This document shows positions 37,468 through 49,100 of a DNA stretch of 64,000 nucleotides, piece by piece. Made by a program: the position numbers and the translations under genes. The stretch's first letter is position 1. Each line of letters opens with the position of its first letter. Origin of the DNA: Sphagnum compactum (lineage: Eukaryota); NCBI GenBank assembly GCA_965153455.1, contig OZ234493.1, positions 16,110,213-16,174,212 of the forward strand, written 5' to 3'. The notes under the pieces were generated by a model. It was given only the letters and a program-made list of their open reading frames with translations, did no database searches and was not told the origin of the DNA.

Positions 37468-40400
37468 ACCACCGCAAGATAAATAGAATTGGCCTTTGCA
37501 TCAATTTCAGCTTTCTTTTTTCTCTTGGCAGCTCAGTTGACATTATTCCCTGCCCTTATTAACAAGCTGAATGTATCAGCAGCAACTTCCACTAACACTT
37601 TTTTTTCTGTTTTAAGGTGAAATGTTAGCTGCCTTCATGCTCTCCATCAACAGTTTCTCCATTTCCTCCAATGTCCATCCCTCCCATAGACACAGAATCA
37701 GAAAAACACTCTGACATGGTGTGAATTTTGGTTTCAACAATATAAAAAGGGCATAAGTAGCAGCAAACTAGACTGAATAGTTCAAACCAGCAGCAATGTG
37801 GAAGAATGCGGAAGCTAGAACTCAGGGTTTTTATAAGCCCTCAAAGCAATCACTTGCAAAGTTCAAACTCTTGTTCAACCTGCCAGAGCGCCAAAAATTT
37901 GTATGAAAAAATGGATACATTTGTTTTCAACATGTTAATTGACACATTGCAATTTAACCTTTGTTTTGTACACATCAACAACATAATCCATAATCCAACA
38001 ACACAATTGTGTCACAGATTCTTTCATCAGTTTCGAACCTTGCTTGCACTTGTCCTGGATATGTGGAAAATAGGTCATCAGAAACAGAAAGGCAAAAATG
38101 CTGAAAACCCACAAAATTGTTGTCGCGTTTTGTAGCTAGCTGGCACAAGGGGTGTTGTATTGCATATGGCTGGATAGCAACTGAATTAATTAAGGTGTGA
38201 GATAGTTTTGGTGTTTCGACTCTTGAGATTTCCAAGTGCCTCAAATGTTGTCAAGGTTGTAACGTTATCAATGAGATTTGGGGCGATGAACGTGTAAAAA
38301 TTACCCATAGAAACCTCGCCAATGTGTTCTAGATAGTCTACCTTTTGTCTCCGCGCATCCATACATTCCTGATTAAACAGATTATTTATGGACATGACTT
38401 GGAAAAGAAATGAATTGTTGGAAGTTTTCCACATTCCAAAAGATGTGAGTGTCATTCCAAGACATCTGCTCTAGTCTTGCAATGAAAATTGTGAACCAAA
38501 TTGTTCAACTATAATCATTTTCACTTCAATGGTCTTTATATCTAGTACTTGAGTCACATGGATTCTGCTCATGCTGATCATGATCATCATCTTGGCCAAC
38601 ACAAGAGTTGTCTTAGTTGAGCTGGCCATCACAATCGCCATCCCCACCCACTATTTCACTTGTGCTTAAGATTCTAAAGATGTCCAAAAGGAAATCAAAT
38701 ACTATGTGCACAAAATGTATGTTTTTCCTCCTCCACCTTCCGTCCTCGATTTAGGTAGGGAAAGCTTAAAAAACACACACAAAAGCTCACCCAAAAAAAA
38801 TTCACTTGCTTATGATCCATCCACATTGTTAGTTAGTGGGAAAATCTTTTAATCTAACCAGGCTAGTGGGCATCCTAGGAATTCTCTAGTTGTTAGTAGT
38901 GGTAGAATTGAACTTATCATTTCCTAATTACTAAAGGATGAAGTTATTTTTAGTTTATTTTTGGGATAAGATAGTTGACAACTAGTTTACCATTAACTAG
39001 GGATTTATGAAAAAAATTAAAATAAGTTATTTTGAGGATGTCAAATATGCAAATATACACACATATCTCTAGCAACCCAATATTGGGATTAAATGATCTA
39101 TTCCATGCTCCACCTCCCAAGGTATAATATGCATGTGATTTTAGATCAACCGGCTACAAAGGTCACATTTTTCACCTTTTTAAAGGTCTTTGCCTATAAT
39201 AATTAACGACCTCATTCAAAACATCTTAAACATTTTAACTTTTCATCTATTTTACTTTATGAATGGATGATTTTCTTATTAAAATTGGTATATGTAAGGC
39301 CAAGGTGAACTAATAACACCCATGCTAGAAACCTTCACCTTGTATGCATGGAGTGGGAGTATTGGGAAATAAATTAAACCCGTGCCCTAAATAATAACCT
39401 TGCAAATTTTCATATTTGATTGCAACCAATGTCTACATTTTTTTTTTCTAATAATGCCACCACCAATGTTTTTGGAACATCAAACATTCCCCGACATAGA
39501 AGTTACAATATGTTTCCCTCCCCAAAATAAATGCATGATTTGTCGTGATCCTTTGCCCCCTTCCCTTACAACTTATATACAACCACGGCCACACAATATG
39601 GGATTAAAAAATGAATTGATATTGGGAACATCTTAATGAACACATTGGGAATTTGATTGGAACACAATAGGAACATACAAAATAAAAATAAAAATTCCCC
39701 CCTCCACCCCCAAAAAAGAAATTCAAAAAAAAGAAAACTACACCCCTTGAATCTTCTCATTGCCGACATGAAAGTTCTATTTTGAGAACAATCTGCCACT
39801 ATTTTCACTTTATAAATTGGGGGTACTTATTGACATGTGTCCTTACTTTTTCAATTTGAAGAGTTTTTTTTAAAAAAAAAATGTTCTTTTGTTTTTGAGA
39901 ACCACCTTGGTTTTTTTATTTTATTTTTTAATAATTTTTATAGCCAAGGAAGGGTTTGAATCTATGGAAATAAATTATAAATCAAATCCCTATTAGCACA
40001 TAGGTAGGTTGCATAATTAGATTTTCACAAAACATTCACACACTTTTCAGAACATTTTCAAAATACAAGAGATGAAACTTACAAGGTTTTGGGCTAGGAT
40101 CACCCAAGTCCCTAAAACTTGGTTTTTGTGTGAGTTACACTTAATGGAGAACTCAACCCACATGTTTTAGAACTTCATTTCATGGGGATTGTTCACCCAA
40201 AACACATACATTTATCCTTTTAAACACAAGTCCACCATCAAAATGACACAATTTTATTATAGCATAAGTTCATTACACCAAAAGATTATATAAAAACTTA
40301 ACACAAAATAAGAACATTAAATGATGAAAAGGAAAATATGAGCCCAAAGCTTGACCCATAACCCCTTATTATATACATGAAAGAATGAACAGATAATTAA

Positions 40401-40595
40401 TCCACCTTCATTTACATTTACTAACATTTTTGTTCATCAATTACAAGCCAATTATATTATGCCACATACTAATTTTTTAAGAACTATCATCCTTCTATAA
40501 ATGAATCATTACATTATTTAAAATTTCTTTCCTAATATCAAATCAAATTCACCTAATTGACTTTCAAATCATACTTATTAACCCAAAATAGTTAT

Positions 40596-40803
40596 TAAAC
40601 AAATCATGAATCCAAGCTTAAATCTCTAACTTAAAAATTTCAAAAATAAGACCCATAAGTTGTATTACTTATCTTCTCTACTTATCCATTTTTCTACCCT
40701 AAACAAATCATGAATCCAAGCTTAAATCTCTAATTTAAAAATTTCAAAAATAAGACCCATAAGTTGTATTACTTATCTTCTCTACTTATCCATTTTTCTA
40801 CCC
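40596..40803. repeat. Near-perfect 104-bp tandem duplication
   Basis: Two consecutive copies of TAAACAAATCATGAATCC...TTTTCTACCC with one visible mismatch. Confidence 0.95.
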
Positions 40804-41241
40804 TTAAATCATAATATTGGTATTTACAATTCATATTTCCTAATAACCCATCTTGGTGTCACATTCCCACCGCAACTTAAAGAGGCCGACAAATTTGTAC
40901 CCGCCCATTTTACCATATGCACACACAACACAAGTTGATAGTTCACAATTTTCATACCTAGGCATTGGATACCTCACAAATTATTCCCAAGTCTAGTACT
41001 TACGGATGGTAATTGGGACCATAACCATTTTCACATGCAAAATCATACTTCCATAAAGACCTGGGGAGGGGGGGGGGGGGGGGGCTTCTAAACTACACCC
41101 TTAACTAAAGGTAGGTAAGTAGATAAGTATGTACTAGGTACGTGGATAAGTATGCACTAGGTACCCTAGGTATGTGGATAAGTATAACGAGTCGGTAAGT
41201 AATGTAAGTGGTTTCTATGTAGGTATGTAAATAGGTGAGAT

Positions 41242-41484
41242 ACGGGCCGGTGCTACTAGCTCGGTAGACACATGTGGATGTTTAGTACATAGCTAATCAG
41301 CGTGGTTAGCTATGGGTAATATACATTAGGTAATACAACACGGGCCGGTGCTACTAGCTCGGTAGACACATGTGGATGTTTAGTACATAGCTAATCAGCG
41401 TGGTTAGCTATGGGTAATAAATTAGGTAATGCAACACGGGAGCTTGGTAGACACATGTGGATGTTTAGTACATAGCTAATCAGT
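41242..41484. repeat. ~98-bp tandem repeat, 2.5 copies
   Basis: ACGGGCCGGTGCTACTAGCTCGGTAGACACATGTGGATGTTTAGTACATAGCTAATCAG at 41242 and 41340, with a partial copy at 41436. Confidence 0.9.
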
Positions 41485-41842
41485 ATTTTTCACATTCAAG
41501 TTTAGTTATTTACTTGTTCGCAAAACCCCACCGATAAAACTAAAATTGGGACAGCAAATAGGTGAGTGGGGGACTACTAATTAGAAACCACCTCGACCAA
41601 TCATTATGATGGGCCATTCGGGAACACAAGAGTGATCACAAGTGAGATCATTATTTAGTACACTCTTTCTAGGTGCATAATAAGGTCGTTGCTGCGCCTT
41701 TTACCAGCCACCACCGCAACTTGTGTCAGTTTGCTGAGCTAAAACCAATTTCCTGAGCGAAACCGGCATATATTGACTTTTCTTCATCCAATTTTAACTG
41801 TGCAGGATCGCATACTGAGCACCTCTGGAGATGCTCTACTTA

Positions 41843-42561
41843 TCTTATATGTAAAGTGCGTTGTCTGTCTGTCCGTCGAGGTCCTGAAAGTCGAGGTCCT
41901 GTCCGTCCGTCGAGGTCCTGAAACCCAGATCGGGACCCGCCTGTCCGTCCGTCTGGTCGAGGTCGTGAAACCCGGCAGTTCTGTGATTACGTTTTTAGTT
42001 CCGTCCAATGAGCTCAGAGTTCTGGATGGGTGGTTATGAGGATGAGATATCATGTATTTGTAGTTCCGTCCAATTAGGAGGAATGATTTGTGGATGAAAT
42101 ATTAAAGATTTTGTAGTTTTGTCCACTTAGAGTTTTGGATGGATTGATTATGTGGATGAAATATTTATGTATTCGTAAGTTCCATCTAATGATAAGTTTT
42201 GCATGGTGATTTATTTGGATGAAATATCATGTATTTGTAATTCTGTCCAATTAGGAGTTCTGGATGGATGATTATGCAGGTGAAAATATTACATATTTAG
42301 AGTTCCATCTAATTAGGAGTTCTGGATGGATTGATGATGTGGATGAAATATTATGTATTTATATAATTCTATCCACTGAGGGGTTCTGATGGATGATTAT
42401 GTGGATGAAATATCATTATATTTGTAATTCCGTCCAATTAGGAGTTCTGGATGGATGATTATGTGGATGAAGTGATTCTTCTTGTGAGTATGGGGTTCTT
42501 TGGGGTCTCCTTTGGACTCCCAGTTTTTTCCCAGTGCCGTGTCGTGCCGGGTTACCACTAG
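41843..42561 (+). mobile_element. Non-autonomous Helitron, copy A (719 bp)
   Basis: A|TCTTATAT start and GGGTTACCACTAG|T end. It has GC-rich 5' repeats and an internal ~50-bp minisatellite (GGATGAAATAT..ATGTATTTGTA.TTC.GTCCAATTAGGAG). It is closely related to copy B. Confidence 0.8.
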
Positions 42562-42690
42562 TAGTAATAAATAGTTATTCTACAGACACGGTAATACAGA
42601 ACCCAAATAGAAATTTCTTGTTTACTCAATAGTAATAAATAGTTACTGTACAGACACTGTAATACAGAACCCAAATAGACTTTTCTCGTT
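42562..42690. repeat. 68-bp tandem duplication abutting the Helitron 3' end
   Basis: AGTAATAAATAGTTA.T.TACAGACAC.GTAATACAGAACCCAAATAGA at 42563 and 42631. Confidence 0.85.
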
Positions 42691-43540
42691 TGACCAGTCT
42701 ACTGAACTTATCTCGTAGTTCACTCGTACTCATAGAATATACAGAGCTGTAGTCTTGACAGGCTACGGAATGAATCTAATACGGCCCAAAATTTCAAGCC
42801 CTCTAAGGTCAATGGACTGTTTTTCCGGCTGGTAAGGGGTATATCAAGGCTTGTTCCGTAGGTCAACCAGTGTTCCTCACCCTTGATTTACATCACTAGA
42901 AAATTCCCAACCATTGATTCACATTGGAATAGCAAAACCAAAAGTGGAATGAGCAGATATCCCACAATAAGAAAATCCCTCAAAAAAATTACACAAAGAA
43001 GACCCCAAAACCTGGTGACCTCCTCCAGATCAAGAAGGACTAAACAGGAGCAACCAATTAAATGTGTGAGTGGGCTCGCTGCTTTTGTAGCACACAAGTG
43101 CTCAAGCCAAAATTAATTGGGTCACTTTATCTTTTGCTGTACCTGAATTATGACAATCATTTTAAGTATCATTCATATCCCATATCTTTTAAGATGCATG
43201 ATGTAGCAGTTAAGAATCATGCTTATGGGTTTAAGGTCTCGTGTTCAAATTTTTTTTATGATAATTGTTTTCATATTTGGATGACTTCCTTGGATGAAAG
43301 CTTCAAAGAAGTCATCCAGGGAGAGGATGGTGTTTGGAAATGCAACTTGGCTTCACTTCTTGAGCCAAGTTATTCAAAGAAAAATAATTTTTCCGTGGGA
43401 AATGAGGATTGAGCTTACACTAAATTTCCTAGGGAATTTGGCTACACGTGTGGTTCCAAAGTTCCGTCTAATGATAAGTTATGCATGGTGATTTATTTGG
43501 ATGAAATATCATGTATTTGTAATTCTGTCCAATTAGGAGT

Positions 43541-43784
43541 TTTACAACGCTGATTCTGTTGTGCAAGGCGAACAGAGAGGGGTTTACCCCACCGAGTTTC
43601 TAAACTCTCTCAGCATGTCAGGGATGCCACCCCACACTTTGACCCTGCAGGAAGGCTGCTCGATGATTTTACTGCGGAATATGTCGGGTGACCTTGCAAA
43701 TGGCACTCGACTTATTGTGGTCAAGCAGCACATAATTGATGCTGAGATTGTCACAGGACCGGACAAGGGCAGGCACGTTTTCAT
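43541..43784 (+). pseudogene. Helitron RepHel PIF1-family helicase fragment (~80 codons)
   Basis: YPTEFLNSLSMSGMPPHTLTLQEGCSMILLRNMSGDLANGTRLIV..IIDAEIVTGPDKGRHVFI contains the classic PPHxLxL..LLRN..NGTRL PIF1/Helitron motifs. It is truncated at both ends. Confidence 0.9.
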
Positions 43785-44201
43785 TCATCCACATAATCAA
43801 TCCATCCAAAACTCTAAGTGGACAAAACTACAAAATCTTTAATATTTCATCCACAAATCATTCCTCCTAATTGGACGGAACTACAAATACATGATATCTC
43901 ATCCTCATAACCACCCATCCAGAACTCTGAGCTCATTGGACGGAACTAAAAACGTATAATATTTCATCCACATAATCACAGAACTGTCGGGTTTCACGAA
44001 AACCCAGAAAAGAGGAGCCAGGCATGTTTTTGGGTGGTTATTTTACTTTTGATCTGGGTTTCAGGACCTCGACCAGACGGACGGACAGGCAGGTCCCGAT
44101 CTGGGTTTCAGGACCTCGATGGACGGACAGGACCTCGACGGACGGACAAGACCTCGACTTTCAGGACCTCGACGGACAGACAAGGCACTTTATATATAAG
44201 A
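43784..44201 (-). mobile_element. Inverted 5' fragment of the same Helitron family
   Basis: Reverse complement of 44202-44604. It ends in ...TATATATAAGA, the TC 5' end on the minus strand. Confidence 0.85.
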
Positions 44202-44886
44202 TCTATAAAGTGCCTTGTCTGTCCGTCGAGGTCCTGAAAGTCGAGGTCTTGTCCGTCCGTCGACGTCCTGAAACCCAGATCATGACCCGCCTGTCCGTCC
44301 GTCTGGTCGAGGTCCTGAAACCCAGATCCCAAATTGTAAAAGTAAAATAACCACCCAAAAACCTGCCTGACTCCTCTTTTCCGGGTTTTCGTGAAACCCG
44401 GCAGTTCTGTGATTATGTGGATGAAATATTATACGTTTTTAGTTCCGTCCAATGAGCTCAGAGTTCTGGATGGGTGGTTATGAGGATGAGATATCATGTA
44501 TTTGTAGTTCCGTCCAATTAGGAGGAATGATTTGTGGATGAAATATTAAAGATTTTGTAGTTTTGTCCACTTAGAGTTTTGGATGGATTGATTATGTGGA
44601 TGAAATATTTATGTATTCGTAAGTTCCGTCTAATGATAAGTTTTGCATGGTGATTTATTTGGATGAAATATCATGTATTTGTAATTCCGTCCAATTAGGA
44701 GTTCTGGATGGATGATTATGCAGGTGAAAATATTACGTATTTAGAGTTCCATCTAATTGGACGGATGAAACATTATGGATTTGTAATTCCGTCCAATTAG
44801 GGTATGGGGTTCTTTGGGGTCTCCTTTGGACTCCCAGTTATGAGGACAGTGCCGTGTCGTGCCTTGCAGGCACGGGTTACCACTAG
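44202..44886 (+). mobile_element. Non-autonomous Helitron, copy B (685 bp)
   Basis: TCTATAAAG start. The 3' hairpin CGTGCCT-TGC-AGGCACG is followed by GGTTACCACTAG|T, a canonical Helitron end. Confidence 0.85.
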
Positions 44887-45279
44887 TTTATACTTATGAG
44901 CCCTAAATTCTTGAGCTACAAGTCACAGCCAATCTTGAGACTGAGTTACTGTTGGTCTTATGTTTCTTCGTCAGAGTGTACCAGCACCCGCCAATGCACC
45001 AGTTGGCCATTCTGTCCATGAGATGGGCTGCATTTTTTCATCTAGGCTCAATCATTCAACTTTTTGTGGTTTATGATTAATGAGGTTTTTTTTGGGATGT
45101 TTTTTTTTCAATGCTGACCTCCCAAATGCCTTCCCACCTAGTTACCCTACTGACCTAGCTACCCTATTAACCTACGTCTTAGCCCTACCTACCAACTAAT
45201 GACTAACCTTCCCTCTTACTTACTTACCTTTTATCTTTTCATTGGTTTAATTTTATTCTTTAAACAAAAGCTTTTATCT

Positions 45280-45910
45280 TTTTTAACTAAATGTTTGTTT
45301 TTGGCAAAATCTATATTTTTTCATGGTTAAACCTCTCTCTTTCTTGGCAAAATCTCTTTCTTTCTTGACAAAATTTTTATTTTTTCCTAGCAAAACTTTT
45401 ATCTTTTTTTGGTTAAACTTCAACCTTTCAACAATTTTTTTTACTTCCATGCTAGACATTAACTCTCGACAAAACTTTTTTACTTTTTTTGTTAAACCTT
45501 TACATCTTAGCAAAACTAATTTTTTTCTTAGCTAAACTTTTACCTTTTGCCAAAACCTCTTTACTTATTGGTTAAAACATTACCTCTTAACAAAACTTTT
45601 ACCTTTTCCTAGTTAAACCCTTATTTCTCAGCAAAACTAATGTATTTTCTTGGCTAAATTTCAACCTCTTGACAAAACCTTTTTAGTTTTTGGTTAAACC
45701 TTTACCTTTTGGCAAAACTAATATATTTTCTTGGTTAAAATTTTACCTTTCACCAAAACCTCATTTTCTTAATTAAACCCTATTTTTTCGCACAACTAAA
45801 TTTTTTGTACTAAACTTCTAAGTTTTGGCAAACCGCTCTACTTTCTAATTAAAGCTTCACCTTTTGGCACAACGAATATTTTTTATCAATTGAACCCCTA
45901 TCTCTTGGCA
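45280..45910. repeat. Degenerate T-rich minisatellite (~40-bp units)
   Basis: Recurring TTTTGGCAAAAC...TTTTCTTGGTTAAACCTTTACC. Confidence 0.75.
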
Positions 45911-46055
45911 ATTTTTTTTCCTTTTTTCAACCTTAATTTTAGTTCTTTTGGGAGAACTTTATTTTCTTCTCGCCCCCCACCTAGTTTCTTTTTTTCCTTT
46001 TGAAAATTTTCCCCCCCTCCACCTACTTTCACCTATTTACCCCCCCCCCCCCCTA

Positions 46056-46185
46056 TCTACTCACCTATATATTTAAATGTGTTATTCTCATCCCCACCTA
46101 CCGACCTTTCCCCCACCTGTCTACTCACCTATATATTTAAATGTGTTATTCTCATCCCCACCTACCGACCTTCCCCCCATCTATT
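46056..46185. repeat. 64-bp tandem duplication
   Basis: TCTACTCACCTATATATTTAAATGTGTTATTCTCATCCCCACCTACCGACCTT at 46056 and 46120. Confidence 0.9.
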
Positions 46186-49100
46186 TACTTACCTACTTGC
46201 TTTTTCACCTTCCTACCTATTAAACCTCCAACAAACCTTATAATTATTGAAATCAATGAAAAAAAAGATTAAATGAAAATATTGCATGGAACCTTGGATT
46301 TGTTCACTCAAGCAAATTTAAAAGCACAATTAAACTATTTTTCACCACCCGCATAAGGGCATTGTAAATATGCATTAGCTTGAAACATTATGCTTTAGGG
46401 TTTTTTAAAGGTACTGTATAATTTTTTGAAAATCCAAACCAAATGAAATATCCCCATTAGGGTGTTACATTACATGTTCATGAGAATGTTTTCCACTATC
46501 ATCAGGGTATTGGAAACTCAATGTAGATCTCCAAAGAATATGGAACTCCATAAACTTAAATGCTCATGCCATGAACCTAAAAAGAACTAAACCTTACAAG
46601 TGGATTTTACCATAACCCATAAATAAACAACAATTTATAAATGGTGATAAAACACTTGACCATCTTATGGCCATCTAGTCTTGTGCAAAAAAATGAATCC
46701 CTTTCTTTGGTAAGAAAATTAATTCAATATCCATAAGGCTTTCAATCAAAATGTACAATACCCACATGCAACAATAAAAACACATTAACCATGGGAGTTT
46801 GTGCAAATGTGGTATGTTAATGCAAATTGATACTTCCATAAACCCATATCCCCATCCAAGTGGAAGAAAAATACCTTAAGTATGAGCAAATAACAAAATT
46901 GAAAGGTGATTATTAAGAGAGGATATCATATCATTGATGTTAATAGGGGTTTTGGCCTTAAATGCAAACACATCCATATATATATCAACATGGATATTAT
47001 TAAAGAAATAAACAAAAAGCCCTTCAATAATTCCAATGATGGATTTGGGTTATTATGATTTCTAAACATGCGAGGGTATTCCATGGGATTGTGCAAAGAT
47101 GCAAGTATTGCATTTTGATTACGTCACACCTTATACAAACAATTCGATCATTTGTCCTTAATTGGGTTCCTACTACTGCATGGCCACTACTTGGGCAATT
47201 CAAAGCATGGGGTGAATTCCATTGTCCCAATCCATCAATATTCAAAACTCAACAAAGCATCCTTCTCGAATGTGGACTTGGTGAGCAAATTGATGTGGGG
47301 TGTACCATTCTAGGATTATGCGGAATTGAAATCATGTACCATTTTTTCTTTGCAAATTTTCTTTGGAAGGTGTTGAAAGCAAGGTATTTGCGAGCCATGG
47401 AGAAAACAAGGAATTAGAGGTGAATCATGTACAACTATGCAAATGAGATTTTTAATTATAATGGATACTTGTAACTACAATGGAAGAAGCAATGGACAAG
47501 TTACATTAGTTGCAATAAACATGATGTGGCATCACAATTAATCCCAACTAATAAATTTTCATGTTATTGAATTTTTGCAACTTAGTTGCAAATGTCTAGA
47601 TTAAAAGCTTTGATGCCATGTTGGGTTGGCAAGAAAACTTGGGTTGGTGCCAACATGGTGCTTATGTGGATCACAACTCATCATTATGGATGAGATGCTT
47701 ACACAATAAAAAAAATTGAATTATAACTTTCAAAGACATTTGTGATATAACTTGCACAACTTTTTGTTGTTGGAAATGGATTACTATAAGTGATCATGGT
47801 TGAGGTACACAAAAGGAGTAATTGACCCCAAAATCATTATCAAGACACTACTTTGAATAACCAAGTTTTTTCTACCAGATTATTAAATCCAAATAACACC
47901 TTTTGAAAAATCCTCAAAAATAATCAAGATAACACCTTTTGAAAAACCCTTAATAATTAATCCATAGAGGGATTTTGCTCTAGTGAGACTTGGTATATTA
48001 AAGGTCTTGTGGAAAACTTGTTCAAATTTTCAGCCTTTGATGCTCATTATTCTAATTAATGAAAATTTTGCCACCAAAATGGCTTTAATCCCTTGAGATA
48101 CTCAAATGAGGCTCATGTGATAATTAAGTAACCTACTTAGTTTTTATAGGTATCTATGTAATCCATGTAGTAATTTGGTGGCCTATGTATGTAAATAGTT
48201 TAAATAATTGGGTCTTTATGTAAATAGGTTGGGGTTTAAGTAGGAGGGTAGGTAGCTTAAATAGGTGAATAAATAGATAGGTAAGTTGGGGCCTAAGTAG
48301 GATGATAGGTAGTTTAGATAGGTGGGCAAGTAAGTTGGTAAATAAGATAGTAGGTAGCTTAAGTAAAAAAGTAGGTAGCTTAGACAAGTGGGTAAATATT
48401 TAGGTAGGTATACCTCCTAGGTAGTTCCTTTGGTAAGCTCCCTAATAGACTTCCTAGGTTATTAAGTAGACCTTTTAGGTAGACTAGATAAGCTCCCTAT
48501 GTAAATCCTTTAGGTAAATCCCTAATCTAGGTAAGTAGATTCCTTAGGTAATTAGTTGTATCCCCTAGGTAAACCCCTAGGTAGAAGGTGTAGGTAAACC
48601 CTTTATGTAGGCAAGGTGTGATGTGAAACATGTGTTCCCTCAAAAACTAACATAGTTTCCACCCCATATTTTGAGTTGAGGTCTCAATTTATGGACTTTA
48701 AGGAAATATCATTAATACAATTCATAATTTTTAAAATTGGAGAATCCAATAAAAAGAAAACCCCATTTGGATAGGTGTAAAAAAACCATCCTATCAATTT
48801 GGATAGATTGATTTGGACATGTTTAGCATGATTGGGTGGTCTTTTGATTGGTAGAATGTTGGACTATTTGATTAGTGGATAGTGGACCATTTGATTAGTC
48901 ATATTTTTACCTTTTTGTTTTTTGGATTATTACCAAAAATAATATTAATGTGTTGGTAGGTAGCTAGCTAGTATATAGGTTTAAATAGGTTGTAAAAAAA
49001 AAGTAGGTAGGTAGGTAATTTAGCCTATTTAACCTAATTTCACCTTCTTAACCTACCTATTCTAATCCTTTAAACATGTATGTAGGTTGCAAGTATTAGG

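Noticed and set aside
41485..41840. Segment that looks like an interspersed repeat before Helitron A
   Set aside because: I found no second copy, TIR pair or TSD in the window to support a call.
43190..43250. Minus-strand TRDLKPISMIL resembling the kinase HRDLKPxN motif
   Set aside because: It is flanked by stops with no other kinase subdomains, so it is too weak to call.
41773..44350. Arg/Thr/Asp-rich ORFs (RTSTDRQ..., DLDGQT...)
   Set aside because: They are translations of Helitron 5' short repeats.
46900..47420. 120-aa and 73-aa overlapping ORFs
   Set aside because: I see no recognisable family or splice structure. They are probably decayed TE sequence.
48130..48620. TAGGTAG-rich ORF-like stretch
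   Set aside because: It is a low-complexity simple repeat and is not coding.
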